DNA from: an uncultured Bacteroidota bacterium | GTDB lineage: Bacteria; Bacteroidota; Bacteroidia; Bacteroidales; FEN-979 | NCBI GenBank assembly: GCA_937900965.1 | Contig: CALCGJ010000158.1 | Coordinates: forward strand, 186 to 64,185 | Reading direction: 5' to 3' | Length of the DNA stretch: 64,000 bases | In this document: piece after piece, positions 28,197 to 36,470 of the stretch | Position numbering within the stretch: position 1 is the stretch's first letter | Layout of the letters: every line of letters starts with the position of its first letter | The notes under the pieces: generated by a model | The model's database searches: none | What the model saw: only the letters and a program-made list of their open reading frames with translations | Told to the model about the DNA's origin: nothing | Made by a program: the position numbers and the translations under genes

Positions 28197-29900
28197 ATGT
28201 CGCATTTCGGATCATATGATGAACGCGTAAAAAATTTCGACTGGAAGATCTCGGAAAACGAACTCGGGTACAAAGAGGGAGATCCGATCAACATCGGTTG
28301 GTACTGCACCGACCGGATCTGTGAGATGGGAAAAGCTGACAAACCTGCTCTGATCTGGGAAGGTCCCACCGGCAATGAGAAACGCTATACCTACAATGAT
28401 CTTCGCCTGACCAGCAATACTATCGGGAGTTTTCTCCGGTCGCTGGGCATTAAAAATGAAGACCGTGTTTGCCTGTTCATGGATAAAATTCCAGAGCTTT
28501 ACCTGGGCTTCCTGGGAATTTTAAAGATAGGCGCTATTGCTCAGCCACTATTTTCGGCATTTGGCGATGAATCGTTATTCATCCGGCTGGAGAACGCTCA
28601 GACAAAAGCAATCATCACACAGAAGAAACACGCGCCAAAGATCCGCAAGATTATCGACAAGATGCCGTGGCTTGAACACATCATCATTGTGGATCAGGAT
28701 CCTGCAAAGCCGTTACAGGAGCGGGAGGTATCATTCAATCTGGATGAAGCCCCCAAAGTCGAAACATTCGATATCTTTCCTACCTATGCAGAATCGCCTT
28801 CCGTTTTGCATTACACCTCCGGAACTACGGGCCAGCCGAAAGGGGTGAAGCATGTTCACGCTTCACTCATCTCCCAATACCTGACTGCCAAATGGGTTCT
28901 TGATCTTCATGATGACGATATTTACTGGTGTACTGCAGACCCCGGTTGGGTTACCGGTACATCGTATGGAATCATCGGAGCGTTCAGCAATGGCGTTACT
29001 CAATGCATTCTTGATGCGGGATTTTCGGCCGACAATTGGTATCGCTTCATTGAAAAGCATAAAGTCTCGGTATGGTATTCGGCGCCAACTGCTATCCGGT
29101 CCCTGATGAAAGCCGGTGATGATGTGGTGAAGAGGTATAACCTCTCCTCTCTGCGTCACCTTGCCTCGGTTGGGGAACCATTGAATTCTGAAGCTGTAAT
29201 CTGGTCAGAGAAGGTTTTCGGGAAACCTTTTTTGGATACATACTGGCAAACTGAGACCGGATGCATGGTGATTACCAACTTCCCCGACATGAAAATCAAA
29301 CCTGGCTCAATGGGAAAAGGATTCCCCGGTATCATAGCAACGGTTGTTGATCCGGAGACATATGAACCCTTCGAAGAGAGTGGAAAGATGGGGTTGATTG
29401 CTATCAAACCCGGTTGGCCCTCAATGATGAGAACCTATTGGAATAATGAAGAGACATATCAAAAGAAATTCGTCAACGGTTGGTATATACCGGGCGACCG
29501 CTCATCAATCGATAACGAAGGGTATTTCTGGTTTGTGGGTCGCGACGACGATGTGATCAATACCGGAGGTCACCTTGTCAGCCCATTTGAAGTGGAATCA
29601 GCTCTGTTGGAACATGAAGCAGTTGCTGAATCTGCTGTTGTCGCAAAACCCGATTTTGTGAACATGGAGGTTGTTAAAGCTTTTGTTACACTGAAGCCCG
29701 GTTTCACCGCGAGTAAAGAGCTGGATCTGCAGATAATGAATTTTGTCCGGAAAAAGCTCTCCCCACTTGCGATGCCACAGGAGATAGAGTTTGTGGAGAC
29801 CTTGCCCAAAACGCGAAGTGGAAAGATCATGCGCCGGATCCTCCATGCGAAAGAGTGGGGTGAAGAGATCGGGGATACATCGACTCTGGAAGAAGACTAG
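28197..29900 (+). CDS. Acetyl-CoA-synthetase-family (Acs/AcsA-type) adenylate-forming ligase
   Basis: It has YTSGTTGQPKGV and the Acs-family hallmarks YWCTADPGWVTGTSY, YSAPTAIR, SVGEPLN, KPGSMG, KPGWPSMMRTYWN and KTRSGKIMRR. At 567 aa it resembles Bacillus AcsA in length and order. Confidence 0.8.
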   Translation: MSHFGSYDERVKNFDWKISENELGYKEGDPINIGWYCTDRICEMGKADKPALIWEGPTGNEKRYTYNDLRLTSNTIGSFLRSLGIKNEDRVCLFMDKIPELYLGFLGILKIGAIAQPLFSAFGDESLFIRLENAQTKAIITQKKHAPKIRKIIDKMPWLEHIIIVDQDPAKPLQEREVSFNLDEAPKVETFDIFPTYAESPSVLHYTSGTTGQPKGVKHVHASLISQYLTAKWVLDLHDDDIYWCTADPGWVTGTSYGIIGAFSNGVTQCILDAGFSADNWYRFIEKHKVSVWYSAPTAIRSLMKAGDDVVKRYNLSSLRHLASVGEPLNSEAVIWSEKVFGKPFLDTYWQTETGCMVITNFPDMKIKPGSMGKGFPGIIATVVDPETYEPFEESGKMGLIAIKPGWPSMMRTYWNNEETYQKKFVNGWYIPGDRSSIDNEGYFWFVGRDDDVINTGGHLVSPFEVESALLEHEAVAESAVVAKPDFVNMEVVKAFVTLKPGFTASKELDLQIMNFVRKKLSPLAMPQEIEFVETLPKTRSGKIMRRILHAKEWGEEIGDTSTLEED

Positions 29901-29925
29901 ATGCTAGATGCTAGATGCTGGATCC
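29898..29925. repeat. Heptamer array TAGATGC x3 plus a degenerate TGGATCC
   Basis: The first TAG is the ligase stop codon. The next two copies put TAG in the other two frames. Confidence 0.85.
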
Positions 29926-29963
29926 TGGAAAAAGGTTAATGACTTCATCCAGGATCCAGCATC
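29914..29963 (+). terminator. Long perfect hairpin (16 bp stem, 18 nt loop)
   Basis: GATGCTGGATCCTGGA (29914-29929) pairs with TCCAGGATCCAGCATC (29948-29963). Confidence 0.55.
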
Positions 29964-30028
29964 AGATAATTACCTGGAAAAATATGTAAGTAACCAATAA
30001 TATTAACAGAACTAAAAAGGAAAACACC

Positions 30029-30271
30029 ATGGAAGAAATGTTAGCAGCAGTTAGAGAATATGTTATCGACGAATATGTTGAAGACGATTCGGAAGTAACC
30101 TATGATACGCCTCTGATTTCCGGAGGGATTGTAGATTCATTCTCGATGGTATCGTTAAAGAGATTTCTGGAGAACAAATACAATATCTCTATCCCCGACG
30201 ACAAAGCCACCCCGGAAGCATTTGATTCGATCAATAAAATCTGTGTTCTTGTGAAGGAGTATATCGGTTAA
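30029..30271 (+). CDS. Stand-alone acyl/peptidyl carrier protein
   Basis: The 80 aa acidic protein has LISGGIVDSFSMVSL, which fits the GxDS phosphopantetheine attachment motif. It lies 17 nt upstream of the second alpha-oxoamine synthase. Confidence 0.65.
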   Translation: MEEMLAAVREYVIDEYVEDDSEVTYDTPLISGGIVDSFSMVSLKRFLENKYNISIPDDKATPEAFDSINKICVLVKEYIG

Positions 30272-30288
30272 TCTTAAAGGAATTTACA

Positions 30289-31536
30289 ATGGCATATTCA
30301 GACAAAACCAGGGGGATGTACAGTGACATCCTCACCGGACTACAGGATGCCGGCTTGTTCAAGATGGAGAGATATATTCACTCTCCTCAGGCGGCCGAAA
30401 TTGAAGTGGAATTCCCGACGGGTTCCTCTTTGAAAAAAGTCATAAACATTTGTGCCAACAACTACCTGGGCCTTTCCAGTCATCCCGATGTAGTGAAAGC
30501 AGCCCACGAAGGATTGGATTCCCATGGTTACGGGATGTCTTCCGTCAGGTTTATCTGTGGCACACAGGATATCCACAGGAGGCTGGAGAATATGGTCTCC
30601 GGGTTTTTGGGAACAGAAGATACCATCCTCTTTCCCTCCTGCATGGATGCCAATGCCGGTATATTTGAAGCGGTACTGACCAAGGATGATGTCATGATCT
30701 CCGACCGGTTGGTGCATGCATCCATCATAGATGGCATCAGGTTGTGCAGCGCAATGCACGACACCTTCAAGCACTCCGATATGGCACATCTGGAGAGCAA
30801 ACTTCAGTTGCATCATGATCGCCGCCTGAAGATGGTCATCACCGATGGGGTCTTTTCAATGGATGGTGATACTGCTAAACTGGATGAGATGGCCGCGTTG
30901 TGTGAGACATACAATGCTCTGCTTTTTGTAGATGAATCACATGCCAGCGGGTTCATCGGTAAAACAGGTCGTGGAACACATGAAAAATATGGCGTGATGG
31001 ACAAAGTAGACATCATCACTACCACATTTGGTAAAGGACTTGGCGGTGCATCCGGGGGTTGTGTCTCCGGCCGGAAGGAGCTGGTTGAAATGTGCCGTCA
31101 GAAAGCCCGACCATACCTCTTTTCCAATACTATTGCTCCTCCTGTGGTTTCCGGTGTGATCAAGGTACTGGAGATCCTCTCTGCCAACACTGAACTTCGT
31201 GATAAGCTTGAAATAAATACGGAATTCTGGCGAAAAGGGCTGACCGAAGCTGGCTTTGTACTCAAGGATGGCGACACCCCAATTGTACCGGTGATGTTAT
31301 TCAATGCAAAGTTGTCGCAGGATGTCTCCCGAGGCCTTTACGAAGAGGGTATCTATGCAATCGGATTTTTCTTCCCGGTAGTTCCTCAGGGGCAGGCACG
31401 TATACGTACACAGATATCTGCCGGACATGAGATCCACCATCTCGAGAAAGCTCTGGATGCCTTTACCAAGGTTGGAAAGAAATATAACATCCTGGGTAAA
31501 AGCAAGCAGGAGATCATTGAAATGTATGGGATGTAA
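30289..31536 (+). CDS. Second Kbl-type alpha-oxoamine synthase (PLP-dependent acyltransferase), substrate unknown
   Basis: It has [72 protein letters not shown] and ARIRTQISA. It is a paralog of 26494..27693 and is not of the Spt type (GTFSKS). Confidence 0.8.
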   Translation: MAYSDKTRGMYSDILTGLQDAGLFKMERYIHSPQAAEIEVEFPTGSSLKKVINICANNYLGLSSHPDVVKAAHEGLDSHGYGMSSVRFICGTQDIHRRLENMVSGFLGTEDTILFPSCMDANAGIFEAVLTKDDVMISDRLVHASIIDGIRLCSAMHDTFKHSDMAHLESKLQLHHDRRLKMVITDGVFSMDGDTAKLDEMAALCETYNALLFVDESHASGFIGKTGRGTHEKYGVMDKVDIITTTFGKGLGGASGGCVSGRKELVEMCRQKARPYLFSNTIAPPVVSGVIKVLEILSANTELRDKLEINTEFWRKGLTEAGFVLKDGDTPIVPVMLFNAKLSQDVSRGLYEEGIYAIGFFFPVVPQGQARIRTQISAGHEIHHLEKALDAFTKVGKKYNILGKSKQEIIEMYGM

Positions 31537-31543
31537 GATGTAA

Positions 31544-31564
31544 GGGCGGGTTCCAAACCTGCCC
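31544..31564 (+). terminator. Hairpin GGGCGGGTT-CCAA-ACCTGCCC (one mismatch)
   Basis: It follows GATGTAA x2 (31530-31543), which contains the stop codon. It is the same hairpin family as 28111-28131. Confidence 0.45.
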
Positions 31565-31633
31565 GTGCTTCTTTGCGAGATGGTGATATGGTGAAATGGC
31601 GAAATCAGTGCTGTTTCACCATTTTTGATTGTG

Positions 31634-31641
31634 TACCTTTG
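31634..31641 (+). promoter_or_regulatory. Bacteroidota -7 promoter box (TACCTTTG) within TCCTTTGTG-like repeats
   Basis: It matches TAnnTTTG and lies 55 nt upstream of the ATG at 31696. Confidence 0.4.
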
Positions 31642-31695
31642 TGATATCCTTTGTGTCCTTTGTGGTTAAGTTTTAACATCAAGAAACAAGGAAAT

Positions 31696-31992
31696 ATGAA
31701 GAAAATTTTTGTATTTGTTTTTATATCATGGTTCACTACTCAAACCTTCTCTCAGGAACGATCTGGTCCATATAATCCGGAAGCCAATGTTCGGGCTGAT
31801 CTGAAGTCGGCTGTTATGCAGGCAAAAGCCGAAAACAAACATGTTTTGGTACAGTTCGGTGGCAACTGGTGTCCCTGGTGTATCCGTTTTCATCAACTGG
31901 CAGAGGGCGCTCCCCAGGTTGACTCCCTGATACAAGCTGATTACATCTACCTGCTTGCAAATGTATCGGGCAAAAAAGATAAACGTGATTGA
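31696..31992 (+). CDS. Secreted thioredoxin-fold protein, possibly C-terminally truncated
   Basis: It has the signal peptide MKKIFVFVFISWFTTQTFSQ and the CxxC motif GGNWCPWC. The ORF ends after about 98 aa, shortly past the redox motif. Confidence 0.5.
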   Translation: MKKIFVFVFISWFTTQTFSQERSGPYNPEANVRADLKSAVMQAKAENKHVLVQFGGNWCPWCIRFHQLAEGAPQVDSLIQADYIYLLANVSGKKDKRD

Positions 31993-32075
31993 TCCCCAAA
32001 CATACATTAGATAGATCTAGGATGTAGGTTAAAAGATTCAGGATCCATGATCCTCCAACTTATATCCAGAATCCT

Positions 32076-33395
32076 CTAGAAAAAGTAGAAAAACGCCAGC
32101 AGAGTCCTCAGATTCCCAACAGCTTTTGGATCGGCGACGTACCCTTTTGAAGTGGTTGTTCCGTAGCCGGCAACAGTATATTCTACCTCCAGCGCAACTC
32201 TGAATTTCTGAATACTATAAACTAATCTGGGAGATACACGCCAAATGTAATCAATGTTTGCACCTCTGGCATAGTAGGGTCCTGTTACTGTTTCACCAAC
32301 TCCCAGATTTTTTGTGAATGCCCCGAATATGCCTGGTTGCCAGTGTTTTCCATTTGTGTGTACTTCACCCCAAACGGCGCAGGAACGAACGTTCGCATAG
32401 TCAACATACCCTCTGGCTGCATCAGTAACACTTTTAACTGCGTAACCTCCCAACATAGTGAATGAGTAATTATTCTCACCATATTGTCCGGCTAATTTAA
32501 CAGTGATTGGACGAAACTTAATCTTGGTATAGAAGTTAAAGGCAAGAGCTGATGTTGTAGTGTTAGTTTTGTAGTCCTTCGTGACGGCATTCACATGATT
32601 CACGATTCCGTTGATCACAGTGTCATAGGAGGGAGAGAGGGTAACTGTGGTAGCCAATCTGGGGGTCAGCATCATGAAATCGATACCTGCACCGATGACA
32701 AATGATGTCCCTTTATCGTTGTTAGCTGTTTTGAACTGGATCTGGAAATCGAGTTCCGGTAGCACAGAGTTACGTAAATATTTCGTGTTAGGACCATCGG
32801 GACCTGTACTTGTAAAATCTACCTGGGAGAGAGCAGCCAACTGAAGCTGGAATTTGCCAATTTTCTGTGTTACCCGTATCTGTGGATTCCGCGAGAAGAC
32901 CACGAAAGGTGCTCCTGTGTTGAAGGAGACAGTGTTAGGGAAGCAGTCTGTCGAGAACATCGGATGCCATGTTTGTCCGGTTAACAATTCTGTTGATTTC
33001 CAGTTCAACTTGATAAAGGCATGCCGCAAACGAAACGTATTGATCGCCGGGTTGATATTACCGAAGAATGCCCCTTCAACAAATGCTGAAGATTTGGCGC
33101 CAAGAACATCAGGGCCCCAGATAGAGCCGGCAAGGCGCGTCTGGATGGAGAGGATGTTGTAGTTCCATTTGGCATTGATGTCATTCCCCTCAGCATCGAG
33201 CTTCTCGTTTTCAGGATAAAGCAGGAAGTGACCCTCCCTGGCAGTGATAACCTGCCGGGAATCGAAGAAAACATCTGTTTTCACAAACCCTGAAAATTTG
33301 ATCCCAAACAAAGGTTTCTTATCCTCGGTGTCCTGGGCAACGAGGGCGGGAATCACCACAAAGGCGGCAAGTAAAGTCAATAGAAGTTTTTTCAT
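32076..33395 (-). CDS. Outer-membrane beta-barrel protein (putative porin)
   Basis: It has the signal peptide MKKLLLTLLAAFVVIPALVAQ and alternating amphipathic beta-strand patterning throughout. The C-terminus is aromatic (LLAFFYFF). Confidence 0.5.
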   Translation of the reverse strand: MKKLLLTLLAAFVVIPALVAQDTEDKKPLFGIKFSGFVKTDVFFDSRQVITAREGHFLLYPENEKLDAEGNDINAKWNYNILSIQTRLAGSIWGPDVLGAKSSAFVEGAFFGNINPAINTFRLRHAFIKLNWKSTELLTGQTWHPMFSTDCFPNTVSFNTGAPFVVFSRNPQIRVTQKIGKFQLQLAALSQVDFTSTGPDGPNTKYLRNSVLPELDFQIQFKTANNDKGTSFVIGAGIDFMMLTPRLATTVTLSPSYDTVINGIVNHVNAVTKDYKTNTTTSALAFNFYTKIKFRPITVKLAGQYGENNYSFTMLGGYAVKSVTDAARGYVDYANVRSCAVWGEVHTNGKHWQPGIFGAFTKNLGVGETVTGPYYARGANIDYIWRVSPRLVYSIQKFRVALEVEYTVAGYGTTTSKGYVADPKAVGNLRTLLAFFYFF

Positions 33396-33439
33396 CTTGA
33401 ATTGTTTATTAATTAACAGGCAATAATAAGAAATTTTTG

Positions 33440-33447
33440 CAAACCTA
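33440..33447 (-). promoter_or_regulatory. Bacteroidota -7 promoter box (TAGGTTTG on the minus strand)
   Basis: The reverse complement of CAAACCTA is TAGGTTTG. It lies 45 nt upstream of the porin start. Confidence 0.4.
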
Positions 33448-33579
33448 TCGATTTGTTACCTTTGCATTTCCATAAAATGTGAATAACTGGCTCTCAGATA
33501 TTGTATATACACCTGAATCCATCATTCAAATTTTATAATAAAGGCAGAAAATAATCGTTTTTCAGAAAAAAATTTACAG

Positions 33580-34188
33580 ATGAAAATGAAACAATGGGTA
33601 CTACCGGGATTTATTTTAATTGTAGCAGTTTTCTTCAGCTCCTGTGTTACCATACATCCCAATGAAAAGCTTATAGTTGGAGAATGGAAGCCAGTCAAGG
33701 TGGAGAAATTTTTTACGCCAGAGGAGGAGGAGCAGCTTAAGAATGCTCAATCTCAGTCAACCGGCACCCGTCCTCCCGCCGAGGTCGAAAAGCCTGCTGC
33801 AGCAACCGGCAACACTTCTTTCTCAACTACTCCTCCTCCGCCAACGCCTGATCAGGGAAGAGGAGGAGAACGAGCCGGAGGAAGAAATCCTGAAGCTGAG
33901 CTGAACAAGCGTATGCAGGTTGAATCCAGATCTAATATGATGATTTTCCGTGATAAAAAACTTGAAAAATTTTACAGGGAAAAAACCGTCGAAGGAACAT
34001 GGAAACTCAAGGGGAAAGGAAGTGTGTTGGTAATTAAGGTCCCGGAGAGGCGCGAAATATACAGGGTTGATATCATTAAAATTGCTGAAGATAGCCTGGT
34101 TGTGGTTGGAACCCTTCCAATTGGAGGCATCAAAATAACCTACGAGAAGATTGGCGATGCTCTTAGGGACGAAGCCAGGTACAACTAA
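33580..34188 (+). CDS. Lipoprotein of unknown function with a Pro/Glu-rich disordered linker
   Basis: It has the lipobox VFFSSC, lipocalin-like flanks (IVGEWKPVKVEKF ... EGTWKLKGKGSVLVI) and a low-complexity central segment. Confidence 0.5.
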   Translation: MKMKQWVLPGFILIVAVFFSSCVTIHPNEKLIVGEWKPVKVEKFFTPEEEEQLKNAQSQSTGTRPPAEVEKPAAATGNTSFSTTPPPPTPDQGRGGERAGGRNPEAELNKRMQVESRSNMMIFRDKKLEKFYREKTVEGTWKLKGKGSVLVIKVPERREIYRVDIIKIAEDSLVVVGTLPIGGIKITYEKIGDALRDEARYN

Positions 34189-34227
34189 TCGCCTGTATTT
34201 CAACGAAATATTTTTGCAAAACCTATT

Positions 34228-34255
34228 GTAGAGCCGGTATTCATACCGGCTCTAC
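34228..34255 (+). terminator. Hairpin GTAGAGCCGGTA-TTCA-TACCGGCTCTAC
   Basis: It is a perfect 12 bp stem lying 40 nt downstream of the 33580..34188 stop. Confidence 0.5.
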
Positions 34256-34331
34256 CTGTATCTATTGACACCAAAGTCAATTTTTATTTAAAAAAAATTA
34301 AAATAAAATTTGGAATTAGTCTAAATCATTT

Positions 34332-34339
34332 TATATTTG
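34332..34339 (+). promoter_or_regulatory. Bacteroidota -7 promoter box (TATATTTG)
   Basis: It matches TAnnTTTG and lies 29 nt upstream of the ATG at 34368. Confidence 0.45.
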
Positions 34340-34367
34340 CAGCGTAAAACTTTTAACTCTTTTAAAC

Positions 34368-35120
34368 ATGAAACGGAAAATAATCTACATGATGATTGCC
34401 GGAGTAGCCCTGATGGTAGCTATTTCTGGTTGTAAGAAAAAGGATAATATCGATCCAACTACTAATCCAACAACAAACACCAATTACACCAGCTTCAGCT
34501 TCCCGGATAGTTATGGTGTAATGGTTGCCATCAAGTCAGTCTCTTATCAGGAGGTATTAGGAGTAATAATTCCGGTATATCTGAATACTGCAACGGCAGC
34601 CTTTCTCTCCACACCCGGAGCTTCCACATTCGTGGATGCCGGATCTGTGACAGTAAATTCCGAACCGATGACCAGAAACGCGAACAATTCATATGTTTAT
34701 GATAAACTAACAACCCCTCTTACCTTTGGAGATGTTGCCTGGGCTGTAGCGGGAGCGAACGGAATCCCAGCTTTTAATTATACTGACAACAATTCATGGC
34801 CGGCATTTGGCGGATACAACTCACTTCCTGGAACCATTTCGAGGGCTACCGGATTGACTGTGGCTTTGGGGAATAATGTGGACAATGCTGATTCGGTTTA
34901 TCTCATTGTAGCCAGCAATGACGGAAAATATGTGATTTCACGGGTAGGAGGAAATGCTTCAGAGATAACCATTACGGCAGCCGACCTTAGTTCTGTATCA
35001 GAAGGTGGCGGGCTGCTTCAGGTGGTACCCTGGAGATATAAAAAAGAAGATTTTGACAGCAAGGATATCTATTTTGTGCTTGAATCTGTTTATTCAAAAA
35101 CTAGTATCACGATAAACTAA
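34368..35120 (+). CDS. Lipoprotein of unknown function
   Basis: It has the lipobox VAISGC. I recognised no catalytic motif. Confidence 0.5.
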   Translation: MKRKIIYMMIAGVALMVAISGCKKKDNIDPTTNPTTNTNYTSFSFPDSYGVMVAIKSVSYQEVLGVIIPVYLNTATAAFLSTPGASTFVDAGSVTVNSEPMTRNANNSYVYDKLTTPLTFGDVAWAVAGANGIPAFNYTDNNSWPAFGGYNSLPGTISRATGLTVALGNNVDNADSVYLIVASNDGKYVISRVGGNASEITITAADLSSVSEGGGLLQVVPWRYKKEDFDSKDIYFVLESVYSKTSITIN

Positions 35121-35135
35121 TAATGTTTCTCTTAC

Positions 35136-35175
35136 ATTTGGTTTCTTAAATTTGGTTTCTTTTATTGGTTTCTTT
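35136..35175. repeat. Three tandem copies of ~13 nt (ATTTGGTTTCTT-like)
   Basis: I counted the copies directly. They lie just downstream of the 34368..35120 stop. Confidence 0.75.
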
Positions 35176-35203
35176 CATGAATGCTTCGGTTTTCCGGAGT
35201 TAG

Positions 35204-35227
35204 AAAACCCGCCTCTGGCGGGTTTTT
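35204..35227 (+). terminator. Intrinsic terminator
   Basis: The stem AAAACCCGCC-TCTG-GGCGGGTTTT runs directly into a T-rich tract (TTTTTCTTTT). Confidence 0.65.
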
Positions 35228-35277
35228 CTTTTGATGATTATTCTTAATCCTCTATTTTTTTGTTCAAAGAATTGATG

Positions 35278-35285
35278 TACTTTTG
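35278..35285 (+). promoter_or_regulatory. Bacteroidota -7 promoter box (TACTTTTG)
   Basis: It matches TAnnTTTG and lies 29 nt upstream of the ATG at 35314. Confidence 0.45.
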
Positions 35286-35313
35286 AAAGACATAAATTTA
35301 AATCTCTGAACCA

Positions 35314-36456
35314 ATGAATTTCGAATTTACTGAAGAACAATTGATGATCCAGCAGGCCGCTCGTGATTATGCCGAACGCGAGCTGATCAAAGATGTAATC
35401 GAACGCGACACAACGTGTGTATTTCCTACACAACATGTAAAAGCCATTACCGAACTCGGCTTTATGGGAATGACCGTTGATCCTAAATATGAAGGAGGAG
35501 GTATGGATACGGTTTCATATGTCCTTGCTGTGGAGGAGTTTTCGAAAGTAGACTCATCTATCGGGGTGATTGTGTCGGTTAACAACTCTCTTGTCTGCTA
35601 CGAACTTGAAGAGTTTGGAACAGAGCAGCAAAAAGAAAAATACCTCAAACCGCTGGCAAATGGAACCAGGATTGGAGCTTTTTTACTCTCCGAACCAGAT
35701 GCCGGATCAGATGCCACGTCACAGCGGACAACGGCTGAAGACATGGGAGATTATTACCTTGTTAATGGGACCAAGAACTGGATTACCAATGCCGATTGTG
35801 CATCAACTTATATTCTTATAGCGCAGACTCATCCAGAGAAAAAGCATCGTGGGATAAATGCCCTGATCGTAGATAAGGATTCACCCGGCATCTCACTCGG
35901 ACCTCATGAGGATAAGATGGGTATGCGCAGTTCTGACACGCACTCTGTCATGTTTAACGACGTGAAGGTACCCAAGGAGAACAGGATAGGTGATGATGGT
36001 TTCGGATTTAAAATGGCCATGAAGACACTGGAAGGTGGTCGTATCGGAATCGCTGCCCAGGCGGTAGGAATTGCCCAGGGAGCTTACGAACGGGCGCTTA
36101 TATATGCACAGGAACGAAAAGCTTTTGGGACAGAGATCATCAATCATCAGGCGATTGGCTTCAAACTTGCAGAAATGCATACCCGGATAGAGGCTGCTCA
36201 ATACTTCACTGTGAAAGCTGCATGGCTGAAAGACCAGGGAAAGCCTTATGGGACAGCGAGTGCCATGGCAAAATACTGGGCTGCCGAAACAGCTATGTAT
36301 GTGACAACCGAAGCGGTTCAGATCCACGGTGGTTATGGATATGTGAAGGAATATCATGTAGAGCGTATGATGCGTGATGCGAAACTAACACAGATCTACG
36401 AAGGTACGAGTGAGATACAGCAGATCATTATCGCCCGTGCAATCATGAACGTTTAA
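35314..36456 (+). CDS. Short-chain (butyryl/isobutyryl-type) acyl-CoA dehydrogenase
   Basis: At 380 aa it has the canonical ACAD layout: [17 protein letters not shown], and the C-terminal catalytic-Glu block IYEGTSEIQ. Confidence 0.85.
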   Translation: MNFEFTEEQLMIQQAARDYAERELIKDVIERDTTCVFPTQHVKAITELGFMGMTVDPKYEGGGMDTVSYVLAVEEFSKVDSSIGVIVSVNNSLVCYELEEFGTEQQKEKYLKPLANGTRIGAFLLSEPDAGSDATSQRTTAEDMGDYYLVNGTKNWITNADCASTYILIAQTHPEKKHRGINALIVDKDSPGISLGPHEDKMGMRSSDTHSVMFNDVKVPKENRIGDDGFGFKMAMKTLEGGRIGIAAQAVGIAQGAYERALIYAQERKAFGTEIINHQAIGFKLAEMHTRIEAAQYFTVKAAWLKDQGKPYGTASAMAKYWAAETAMYVTTEAVQIHGGYGYVKEYHVERMMRDAKLTQIYEGTSEIQQIIIARAIMNV

Positions 36457-36470
36457 TTTGTAGTTTTTCA

